Assembly (NCBI GenBank): GCA_943788985.1 | Contig: CALSSJ010000004.1 | Span: 1 to 64,000, forward strand | Length of the DNA: 64,000 nt | Direction of reading: 5' to 3' | Source of the DNA: an uncultured Lentisphaerales bacterium | GTDB lineage: Bacteria > Verrucomicrobiota > Lentisphaeria > JABSQK01 > UBA12247 | In this document: positions 42,445 through 51,688 of the stretch, one piece after another | Position numbering within the stretch: position 1 is the first letter of the stretch | Layout of the letters: every line of letters begins with the position of its first letter | The notes under the pieces: generated by a model | Told to the model about the DNA's origin: nothing | The model's database searches: none | What the model saw: the letters and a program-made list of their open reading frames with translations, nothing else | Made by a program: the position numbers and the translations under genes

Positions 42445-44303
42445 TGGCAACCACGCCTCCAACCACCTCCCAATCCTACCGGCGACTTCTCGGCTACGCA
42501 AGGCCGTACATGAAGCTGTTGGTGATTGGCACCTGCGCTGGCCTGATTGCCGGCGGCTCAATCTTTGGGCTCCTGCAATATCTGGGAGACTTCTTGGGCC
42601 AGTTCGACGGCTCAGCGGTCGCCGGGAGCGCGAGCGGTGGTGGCAGCGGCGGTGGCAACAGCATGGAGGCAATGGCCGCTAAGATTGGGATTCCAACGAC
42701 CCGCGAGGATGGCACGATGAGCTGGCAGTTTTTGCTGCTCACGATCATCGGCTTTCCGCTGGTGATGTTTCTGAAGGCACTCTTCACCTATATCAACCGG
42801 CTGTGCATGCGCTGGGTCGGCGCGCGCGTGGTTTACGACCTCCGCAACTCGCTGTTTCGCTCGCTGCAAGAGCGCTCATTGCGCTTCTGGGGCCGCTGCA
42901 ACGTGGGCGACTTGATCACGCGCTGCGTAAACGACACTCAAATTGTCGAGAGTTCTGTCGCCAACACGATCGCAGATATCACGCGAGCACCGTTCGAGAT
43001 CCTGGCCGCGGCCAGCTTTGTGATATTCAAGGCCCAGCAGAATGACATTCTCTCGGTCCCAGCGATCATGCTCGTGGTGCTACCGCTCACGATTGCGCCA
43101 GTGATCGCGTTAGGACGAAAAGTAAAGAAGTACACGCGCCGGGCCATGCAACGGGTCTCGATACTGGTCGAGCGGATGCAGGAGAACTTCACCGGGATCC
43201 GGGTGATTAAGGCATTTCACGCTGAGTCACGTGAGATCGAGCGCTTCACCGAGGTCAATCAGGGCTACTTCAAGCAGTTGATGAAGGCGTTGCGCGCCGA
43301 GTTGCTGATGGCACCGATGATGGAGTTCGTGGCCGTGACCTGTGCGGTCGGGTTCCTGATGTATTGCTACGCGCAGGACGTGCAGCTCAGCTCGATCTTG
43401 TCGATCGGCATGGCTGGCATCATCGCCTATCGGCCGATCAAACAGCTGGCTAAGATTAATAATCACATCCAGCGGGCCACGGCCTCGGCCGAGCGTGTCT
43501 TCGAAGTAATGGACGTCGAGGACGCGATTCAGGAAGCGCCCAATGCCCAAGACATTGCGAACTTCGCAAACGAGATTCGGTTTGAGAAAGTGACCTTCTC
43601 CTACGATACGGCGACGGTGCTGCACGACGTCTCCTTCACGATCAAGAAGGGCCAATTCGTGGCCTTCGTTGGTGGCACGGGCTCCGGCAAGACCACGATC
43701 GCCAATCTACTGGCGCGCTTCTACGATACCGATGGCGGCTCAATCACGATCGATGGCACTGATCTGCGAGAGATCAAGATCGCATCGCTGCGCAAGCTCA
43801 TCGGGATTGTGACCCAGGACACGGTGTTGTTCAACGATACGATCAGCAGCAACATCGGTTTCGGTGCGCCGGGATCTACCGAGGAAGAGATTCGTAGTGC
43901 CGCCAAGCTAGCGGACGCAGCGAGCTTCATCGAAGCCGACCCGCTGGGCTACGACCGGATCGGCGGCGACAAGGGCTTTCAGTTCAGCGGTGGCCAGAAA
44001 CAGCGCATCTCGATCGCGCGGAACATCCTCAAGAATCCAGAGATTTTGATCTTGGACGAGGCAACCAGCGCACTCGATTCGGCAACCGAGCAACAGGTGC
44101 ATACGCAGTTGCGCGCGTTAATGGAGAATCGGACGGTCTTCGCCATTGCCCACCGACTCAGCACAGTGCAGGACGCAGACTGCATTCACGTGCTGCACGA
44201 AGGACGCATCGTCGAAAGCGGCACGCATGACGAGTTGATTGCCGTCAATGGACGCTATCGCGAGCTGCACGACCTGCAGTTCGGCAAGAGCTCCGCCAGC
44301 TGA
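42444..44303 (+). CDS. MsbA-like ABC exporter (TMD + NBD)
   Basis: GGTGSGKT, SGGQKQR, ILDEATSALD, IAHRLST. Confidence 0.9.
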   Translation: MATTPPTTSQSYRRLLGYARPYMKLLVIGTCAGLIAGGSIFGLLQYLGDFLGQFDGSAVAGSASGGGSGGGNSMEAMAAKIGIPTTREDGTMSWQFLLLTIIGFPLVMFLKALFTYINRLCMRWVGARVVYDLRNSLFRSLQERSLRFWGRCNVGDLITRCVNDTQIVESSVANTIADITRAPFEILAAASFVIFKAQQNDILSVPAIMLVVLPLTIAPVIALGRKVKKYTRRAMQRVSILVERMQENFTGIRVIKAFHAESREIERFTEVNQGYFKQLMKALRAELLMAPMMEFVAVTCAVGFLMYCYAQDVQLSSILSIGMAGIIAYRPIKQLAKINNHIQRATASAERVFEVMDVEDAIQEAPNAQDIANFANEIRFEKVTFSYDTATVLHDVSFTIKKGQFVAFVGGTGSGKTTIANLLARFYDTDGGSITIDGTDLREIKIASLRKLIGIVTQDTVLFNDTISSNIGFGAPGSTEEEIRSAAKLADAASFIEADPLGYDRIGGDKGFQFSGGQKQRISIARNILKNPEILILDEATSALDSATEQQVHTQLRALMENRTVFAIAHRLSTVQDADCIHVLHEGRIVESGTHDELIAVNGRYRELHDLQFGKSSAS

Positions 44304-44306
44304 GCG

Positions 44307-45674
44307 ATGGGCATGCGCTCGACAAACCCGGCGACTGGCGAGGTCTTTGCGGAGTTCGCGAACCACACAGCCGCTGAGGTCGAGGCCATCGTCGCCGCCG
44401 CGCACGAGGCGCAGGCCACGTGGCGAACGGTACCGCTGACCGAGCGGGAGCACTGCCTGCAGCGTTTGGCCGTGCTGCTCGAGGAAGAGGCGGAGTCATT
44501 GGCCCGGCTGGCCACGCTGGAGATGGGCAAGCCGATCGCTGAGGCCATTGGCGAAGTTCGCAAGTGCGCCTGGGTTTGCCGCTATTATGCGGAGTCCGCA
44601 ACCGAGCTGCTGCGCCCGCGAGCGATCGCCACAGAGGCGACCGACAGCTATGTCCGCTACGATCCTCTGGGCGTGATCCTGGCCGTCATGCCTTGGAACT
44701 TTCCGTTCTGGCAAGTCTTTCGCTTTCTCGCACCAACGCTTATGGCTGGCAATGCCGGCCTACTCAAACACGCCCCCAACGTCCCCCAATGCGCCCAGGC
44801 AGTGGAGTGCCTCGCCCGCCAGGCAGGCTTTCCCGCAGCATTATTTCGGGCCTTGTTCGTAGACGTCAACACGGTCGGACCGCTGATCGCGGATCCCCGC
44901 ATCGCTGGGGCCACGCTCACTGGCAGCGAAGCAGCTGGCCAGGCTGTGGGTGCCGCGGCAGGTGCTGCAATCAAGCCGGTGGTGTTGGAGCTGGGCGGCT
45001 CGGACCCATTCATCGTGCTCGCCGATGCGGACCTCGCAAAAGCCGTAACCGCGGCCGTCGCCTCGCGCTGCCTCAACAGCGGCCAGAGCTGCATTGCCGC
45101 CAAGCGCTTCATCGTCGTGGCCGACGTCTACGACACATTCGTCGAGCAAATGGCCACGGGCCTATCCGCGCTTCGCGTTGGCGACCCGCTGGCTCCCGAG
45201 ACTGAAATTGGTCCCTTAGCCGCGCCACGGTTTCGCGACACGCTTCATGGCCAGGTCCAGCGCCTGATCGCCGAAGGCGCCACCCTCCAGCTGGGAGGCA
45301 CTATTCTCGCCGGCCCCGGCTGCTTCTACCCACCTACGTTGCTGACAGCTGTGCCACACGGAAGTGCCACCGCCCGCGAAGAGGTCTTCGGCCCCGTCGC
45401 CTGTGTCTTTCGCGTAGCCAACACTGAGGAAGCCATCACCCTGGCCAACCACACAGCATTCGGTCTAGGCGCCAGCCTTTGGACGCGCTCACGCGCCACC
45501 GCGGACGCCCTCATTCCACGCCTTGATGCAGGCGCAGTTTTCGTCAATAGCATGGTCAAGTCCGACCCGCGCCTCCCGTTCGGCGGGACCAAGCGCAGCG
45601 GCGTCGGCCGCGAACTCAGCCGCGAAGGAATCCTCGCGTTCATGAACGCCAAGACCGTGACCATCGAGACCTAA
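44307..45674 (+). CDS. NAD(P)-dependent succinate-semialdehyde dehydrogenase (Sad/GabD-like)
   Basis: MPWNFPFWQ, TGSE, LELGGSD, GQSCIAAKR, EEVFGP, PFGGTKRSG. Confidence 0.9.
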   Translation: MGMRSTNPATGEVFAEFANHTAAEVEAIVAAAHEAQATWRTVPLTEREHCLQRLAVLLEEEAESLARLATLEMGKPIAEAIGEVRKCAWVCRYYAESATELLRPRAIATEATDSYVRYDPLGVILAVMPWNFPFWQVFRFLAPTLMAGNAGLLKHAPNVPQCAQAVECLARQAGFPAALFRALFVDVNTVGPLIADPRIAGATLTGSEAAGQAVGAAAGAAIKPVVLELGGSDPFIVLADADLAKAVTAAVASRCLNSGQSCIAAKRFIVVADVYDTFVEQMATGLSALRVGDPLAPETEIGPLAAPRFRDTLHGQVQRLIAEGATLQLGGTILAGPGCFYPPTLLTAVPHGSATAREEVFGPVACVFRVANTEEAITLANHTAFGLGASLWTRSRATADALIPRLDAGAVFVNSMVKSDPRLPFGGTKRSGVGRELSREGILAFMNAKTVTIET

Positions 45675-45746
45675 AACGTGCCTGGTTTGTACTGAGCCTT
45701 GTAGTACGATTTCGCCATTTTCCCCACTCCTTTTACAATTGCTGGA

Positions 45747-46289
45747 ATGACCTTGCGTTGGGAGGCGGCTGACTTGCTGACACAGCAGGATATCGGTGTG
45801 ATCGTACCGTCTAAGCTGAATCCAGGGCCGCTGACCACACGGATCACTTTCTTCGCGCCGGTCTGCCTGCTCTTCTTCTTCATCTTGGTACTCACGATCA
45901 ATATCGTGTATGCCGTGCCGATTCACCCCATGCACTATCTCTTTGTGACTGCCGGCTTTTTCTCGTTTCACCTCCTCTTGGCCTACCTGGTGGATCTGCT
46001 GAACATCCATCTTGCCTTCGGTATCGCCGCGCTGGTTTCGGTAGGCTTGGTGACAAGCTATCTGCGGAGTGCATTGGGCGGGCGCTTTCCGATGCGCGCA
46101 GCGATTGGAGGACAGCTTTTCTTCTTGGTGCTCTTCTCCTACACCTTCTTTATCGACGGAATGACTGGCCTGACCGTGGCGATTGGCTCCGTGATCACGC
46201 TGGCGGTCCTGATGCGAGTCACTGCGCACACGGACTGGGAGGGGCTTTTTCAGCGCCCAAAAACGGCGAGCACATCCGCCCAGTGCTGA
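45747..46289 (+). pseudogene. CreD-like inner membrane protein, C-terminal part only
   Basis: IHPMHYLF..FFSFHLLLAY, FSYTFF..G.TGL; N-terminal region absent. Confidence 0.6.
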
Positions 46290-46485
46290 AGCAGCACCGG
46301 CCTTTTCTCAGCGCGCCCTCGCCCGCCGGCGTGGAACGGGTGCGCTCGCTTAGGGCCCGCGCCGAGGAGTAAGTGGGCCTCTACTTCTTTCTCCCTGGTT
46401 GCCCCCACAGTCTCCCTTCCGTGGGCTTCCGTCTTTTCCGTGGTACAATCTCTCAAAACCTTGTCTTCTTTGCCTGTTTTTCGCG

Positions 46486-46645
46486 AGGCCAGGCACGAGC
46501 GCAGGCCTGGGGTTACAATTACAAGAGCAAAGCAGGAAGCGCTGAAAGTGCGACACAACGGTTCTCCCGTGCTGTTGTTTCGCACTTTCAGCGCTACTGG
46601 GTTTCACCTGCAAACCCAGGCCCGCGCTCGTGCCTCGCTTGGCCT
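46486..46645. repeat. Long imperfect inverted repeat with central bubble (ncRNA or REPIN/MITE)
   Basis: Outer arms 46491-46514/46613-46635; inner arms 46538-46561/46572-46595. Confidence 0.75.
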
Positions 46646-46815
46646 GGGCTACCTTGTCTCGGCCCGTTGGGCCTTGAACCGCAAGCTGACGATGTACCTT
46701 AGATTGCGGGCAAATCCCGCGCTAAACATTCCGTGGAAAAATCTTAATCCACCACTGAAAATACTGCTACTCATGGTGGGGCGCAGCAGGTGTCGCGTTG
46801 TCCTCTCTGCCAGCG

Positions 46816-47836
46816 TCAGGCCGTGGGCTCGGCGGCCTCTTCTTGGCTCTTAGCGCCTTTGCGCTTGGTGCAGGCGAAGACGATCCCGCCGATGACGCTC
46901 CAGATGACCATGGCACCGGTTCCGAGCAATGGCAGCAATGCGGACTTCGCAGGCTCGACGTTGCAGTCGGTGAAGATCGCGTTGAACACCGCGTCGCGAA
47001 TTCCAAGCCCACCGGGCACCACGGGGATGCTGGCAATGGCATTGGCCACCTGCGTGGTCAGGAAATACAGGTTTGCCCCGACATTTTCGATATGGAGGCC
47101 CTGGCCAATAGCCATGTAGGAGATCGCGAGGCTACCGTGCACCAGCACAGACAGCGCAATGACGGCAGCGATCGCGCTGCGACGTTCACGATAGAGGTCA
47201 AGCGCTGCCACCAGACGGCCAAACACCGCGCACACCGAGTCAGGCAGCAACCGCTGCGCGAGATTGATCAGACTGCGGATTCCCGGCAGGCGCTCTAGCG
47301 CGACGTGGAATTCAAGCGCGAGCAGCCCCCACAACACCGCAGCCACTCAGGGCTGCGATCCAGTACACGGCCACGCGAATCCTTGGATCCTGGGAGGCCT
47401 GAACATAGTCCCACGAGATTGCCGTCGACACCAACGCGATCAACAACAGCCCCAGCAATCCCATCACCCGGTCCAGCATGATCGTAAGCACCGCAGCCGC
47501 CTGTTTGCTCCCGGCGTGATCACGGATGTAGACCATCTTGACCAAGTCTCCGCTGACAGAGCCCGGAATCGCGATGTTAAAGAACTGGCCGATCAGATTA
47601 AGCTTCACGATATCCATGATCCGCGTCTCGATCCCCTGCACCGCCAGCAGGATGCGCCAGCGAAACACGCCAATGAGCAGCACCCAGCCATAGAGGACGA
47701 CCGCTAACGCTACCCAGAGCCAGTTGACCCCGTCGAGAGACTCAGGCTTGATTTCCTTCACCAGCGGACGGATCAGCAATCCGGCCAAACCAAAGGCAAT
47801 TCCGAATCGCAAAACGGCGTAAATAAATCGTGTCAT
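46816..47836 (-). CDS. Lysylphosphatidylglycerol synthase TM-domain (UPF0104 flippase-like) protein; frameshift ~47330
   Basis: RWRILL, IGQFFN..PGS.SGD.VK, DRVMGL, IP..PGGLG.RD. Confidence 0.85.
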
Positions 47837-47872
47837 AAACAGCGGTCAATTAGGGGTTTGTGGATTTAGCAA

Positions 47873-47902
47873 TTGACAAGGGGGAAGCGGTCTCATATAT
47901 GT
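47873..47902 (+). promoter_or_regulatory. Possible sigma70 promoter upstream of the sigma gene
   Basis: Perfect TTGACA at 47873-78 and an AT-rich CATATATG ~17 bp downstream; the -10 match is weak. Confidence 0.3.
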
Positions 47903-47973
47903 CTTTTCTGGGGATCGTGCCCGCTCCCACCACATTATCAACGCTCTAGGCCCAGAAGGCGGAACTGTATCGC

Positions 47974-49182
47974 GTGAATGACCCGATGAAAGCCTACATG
48001 CAGGAGATTAACGAGGTACCGTTGATCACTCGCGAGGAAGAAGTCGAGTTGGCGGCGCTGATTAAAGGCGGCAGCCACGAGGCGAAGAATAAACTGATTC
48101 AGGCAAATCTTAGGCTGGTGGTAAAGATTGCCCATGACTTCAAGGGGCTCGGTCTGCCGCTGCTGGATTTGATCTCTGAGGGAAACATCGGCCTCGTGCG
48201 CGCGGCGGAAAAGTTCGACCCAGAAAAAGGCGCAAAGTTCAGTAGCTACTCAGCTTGGTGGATTAAGCAGTCAATGCGGCGAGCATTGTCGCAGAAGAGT
48301 CGAACCATCCGCATTCCGGTAGCATCCGCAAGTCGCGTTCACAAAATCCGCACGGCCAAGATCGAGCTGGCAGAAAAGCTGGGCCGACTTCCGACTGACG
48401 GTGAGATAGCGCTCCGTTTGGATCTGACGCTGCGCACCGTGGCGGGGTTGAAGATGGCCGACCTGCGGACGTTTTCGTTGCAGGATCAGATCCAACGCGG
48501 CGAGGCAGGAAGCTTCGAGGATTTGATCGCCGACACCAACGCTGTGACGCCAGACAAACGGATGGCCCAAGCAGAGTCTCTGGACCGCATGCGAAGCCTG
48601 CTGCACCTGCTGGATGAGCGCGAGCAGACCATCCTCACCTACCGATTTGGGCTTAATCATCATCCGCGCAAGACCTTGGAAGAAGTGAGCGAACTCATCG
48701 GACGCACACGGGAACGGGTGCGACAGATTCAGATTCAGGCGCTGCGCAAGATGCGTAAGCTAATCGAGGACGATGGTCCAGACTGGGATAATAGCGCCGA
48801 GGATGACGAGGACGAAATCCCCGGAATTCCTGCATTGTCGACGAATAATGGTGAGGTGCCGTGGGACAACAGGCGCTTGCTCGGCTATGAGTCTAAAGAG
48901 CTGTACTTCGACCCCACACCGATCACCAAGCTCGGCCTCTCCACGCGCGCCTCAAACGCGATGCGGAATGCGGGTCTGCGCACAGTCGCGCAGTTGGTCT
49001 ACAAAAGTGAAGGCGAGTTGATGCACCTGCGGGCCTTTGGCGATCGCTGCCTCACTGAGGTCAGGGATGCGCTGCAGATACGTCTTAAAGAGCTATTGGA
49101 AGCGGAAACAGCCGAAGCGGATGTGGGAACAGCCCAACTGGGGGAGGCAGCGGAAGCGGAGCTGGAGGCAGCGGCAGAGTGA
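47974..49182 (+). CDS. RpoD/SigA-family sigma factor (regions 1.2-4, no 1.1) with C-terminal RNAP alpha-CTD-like domain
   Basis: NLRLVVKIA, DLISEGNIGL, KFSSYSAWWIKQ, TRERVRQIQ; then PITKLGLSTRASNAM...FGDRCLTEVRDAL. Confidence 0.9.
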   Translation: MNDPMKAYMQEINEVPLITREEEVELAALIKGGSHEAKNKLIQANLRLVVKIAHDFKGLGLPLLDLISEGNIGLVRAAEKFDPEKGAKFSSYSAWWIKQSMRRALSQKSRTIRIPVASASRVHKIRTAKIELAEKLGRLPTDGEIALRLDLTLRTVAGLKMADLRTFSLQDQIQRGEAGSFEDLIADTNAVTPDKRMAQAESLDRMRSLLHLLDEREQTILTYRFGLNHHPRKTLEEVSELIGRTRERVRQIQIQALRKMRKLIEDDGPDWDNSAEDDEDEIPGIPALSTNNGEVPWDNRRLLGYESKELYFDPTPITKLGLSTRASNAMRNAGLRTVAQLVYKSEGELMHLRAFGDRCLTEVRDALQIRLKELLEAETAEADVGTAQLGEAAEAELEAAAE

Positions 49183-50180
49183 CGGAGCGTTGTTCGTACG
49201 CGGCGCGCTACATCAACCGTGGGCAAGTGAGCGCAAGCGCGACGGCGTTTGCCCCGGCAAACATTGCCCTGTGCAAATACTGGGGGAAGCGGAACCGGAC
49301 GCTAAACTTGCCGCTCACGTCAAGCCTGTCCGTGTCTCTAGGAACGCATGGCACCACCACCACCATCGAGTTTTCCGAGCACGATACGCTGACTCTGAAC
49401 GAGAAGCAGATCGGGCTGGAGTCGACCAATGCCTCGGCTAGGGCCTTCGCTGAGCGACTCTGGGAATACATCGACCTGTTCCGGGAGCCCGGCGAGTGCC
49501 TGGCCGTTCGCACGAGCAACACCATTCCTACCGCTGCCGGTCTGGCGTCGTCCGCATCAGGCTTTGCCGCTTGCACCAAGGCGCTAAACGATCTGTTCGG
49601 CTGGCAGGCAGATGATGCTGCGCTTTCGCGCCTGGCACGACTGGGAAGCGGCAGCGCCTGCCGCTCACTTTGGCACGGGTTTGCTCGCTGGAACGCAGGA
49701 GTGCGCGAGGATGGCGACGATTGTTATGCCGAGCCATTCGGCTCAGATTGGCCCGATCTGCGTCTCGCAGTCTGCCCCGTCGACACCAGCCAGAAGCCGG
49801 TTTCGTCCCGCGACGCGATGAACGCGACTGTGGCCAATAGCCCACTTTTCCGGGGCTGGGAAGCCTGCGTCACGCGCGACCTGTGCGCGATCGAGACATC
49901 GATTATTAACCAGGATTTTGAGCGATTGGGCAAGACCGCGGAGCGCAACGCGCTGGCGATGCATGCGACCATGCTTGGCTGCGAGACACCGATTCTTTAC
50001 TGGTTGCCAGCCACGGTGGACGCCATCCACCAAGCTGCGCGCCTTCGCGCGGACGGGATACCGATCTATGTGACGATCGATGCTGGCCCCAACCCCAAGT
50101 TGCTGTATCAACAACAGCACGAGGCCGTGATCGCCGCGCAATGGCCCGACGCGATGCTGATTACGCCCTGGTCGGCGTAG
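49179..50180 (+). CDS. mvaD: Diphosphomevalonate decarboxylase
   Basis: NIALCKYWGK, PTAAGLASSASG, GSGSACRS, TIDAGPN. Confidence 0.95.
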   Translation: MTERCSYAARYINRGQVSASATAFAPANIALCKYWGKRNRTLNLPLTSSLSVSLGTHGTTTTIEFSEHDTLTLNEKQIGLESTNASARAFAERLWEYIDLFREPGECLAVRTSNTIPTAAGLASSASGFAACTKALNDLFGWQADDAALSRLARLGSGSACRSLWHGFARWNAGVREDGDDCYAEPFGSDWPDLRLAVCPVDTSQKPVSSRDAMNATVANSPLFRGWEACVTRDLCAIETSIINQDFERLGKTAERNALAMHATMLGCETPILYWLPATVDAIHQAARLRADGIPIYVTIDAGPNPKLLYQQQHEAVIAAQWPDAMLITPWSA

Positions 50181-50199
50181 CAGCCAGATTTGGCCTTAT

Positions 50200-50647
50200 C
50201 AAAACAGCCAACGAGCGACTTTCGACAAGAAGATTTTGAGGACAAGAAAATGGGACAGCGCTCTACCAGGGTAGCATGTTCTTGTTCCTTTAATTTTCTT
50301 GGGCAACTCCAGTCGATAGCTCTGCGCATCAGATCGTCGGCGGCTCCCTGCTAAACAAGAACCGAGATGTGCTTGTTGAGCTGTCAGAGTCAACGAACCT
50401 ATGGGCAAGAAAAATCTCGATCATCGCGACGCTTCACCTTATAAAAAAGGCCAGGACACTGAAACGCTCCGAATTTCGAAAAGCCCTCTCACAGACAACG
50501 GAGGATCTCATCCACAAAGCTTTAGGCTGGATGCTTCACGAAGTCGCAAATCGAGACAGGCAGATCGAAGAGGAATCCTTGGCCCGCCATTACACGTCAA
50601 TACCGCGGACTGTTTTGGTTCGCCGAGAATTGGACATTCGGTGGTGA
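50200..50647 (+). pseudogene. AlkD-like DNA alkylation repair protein remnant
   Basis: STNLWARKISIIAT, EDLIHKALGWML.E, IPRT; 5' part broken. Confidence 0.75.
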
Positions 50648-50703
50648 CTTGCTCAGAGACTCCGATGACTGTTTGTGTGCTTCGATTATCCTTTCTGTGA
50701 CGA

Positions 50704-50817
50704 CCACGACTGAGATCGGCTGTCAAATGGACTTCCGGCATAACTCCTTCGCTGCGCTCAATCGCCCCACAAGGGGTCTTATTCCGGCTTCCATTTGACA
50801 GCCGGTATCAGTCGTGG
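50704..50817. repeat. ~115-bp MITE-like palindromic element
   Basis: CCACGACTGAGATCGGCTGTCAAATGGA and TCCATTTGACAGCCGGTATCAGTCGTGG inverted arms. Confidence 0.65.
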
Positions 50818-50849
50818 CGTGGTTTTCTTTCGCCAAAGAAAATTTTCTT

Positions 50850-51650
50850 TGGCGCGTGAGTTCAGTCGGCGTTCCCGTGCCGCTTGCAGAGCCCGGTCAC
50901 GTCGGTCATGAATCTCCTGTGCCTGCCCAGCAAGCATATCGTATGGGGCGATTTATCCCAGCGCGCTGGGTAGGCGGTCCTCGTTGTAAGTGCGAACGTA
51001 TTGGGCCGTATTTTCACGGGCCTGCTTGAAGTTAAAAGGGGGGCGTGGCCGAATACTCTCGCGCTTGATGGTACCGTGAAAGGGCTCGAGTTTGCCGTTG
51101 CTTTGCGGGTAGTACGGCGATGTACGTACATGCTTCATGCCGCTGATGCGAATGAACTCCTTGAAGTCGCGCGCAATGAACTGCGGGCCATTGTCGGAGA
51201 TGGTACGTGGAAAATACCCCGCACAGCGTTCCCGACCTCACTGCAGAATCGTCTCGACGTCTCCCTCGGGCATCGTCTCGCGGATCTCCCAATGAACAAG
51301 AGAGCGGCTGTAGCCACCGAGTATGCGGCACAGGCAGTAGAAGCTGCCCGCAATATTCAAGTAGCTGATGCCAATATCCCGGTGCTGGTGTGCTGCGGTT
51401 GGCTGGTGGAAGCCTGTGCCCTTCTTGGAGGGCTTACGGCGCCCAACTCCTCAGTGCGTCAGCCTGCTTCAGTGTGCAATAGACCATTGCGGGGCTGGCG
51501 GCGACGATGCCATCATGTACGTGCACCGCCGATAGCCGTGGTTCGGATGTCGTACGATCGCCTCGCGCTCCCAGTCTTATCATTCTGGTGGCCGTTACGG
51601 TTCTTCTAGGTGTAGAACTTCGAGCGTTGCTGCCCCAGTCCAGCAACAAG
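50850..51650 (-). mobile_element. Degenerate IS3-family transposase (integrase core)
   Basis: ISDNGPQFIARDFKEFIR, SPYYPQSNGKLE, YNEDRL.SALG; stops, frameshifts and D-to-G changes. Confidence 0.85.
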
Positions 51651-51688
51651 CAACTGCTGGGCGAACCCGCCTTATGGCTCTTGCCACT

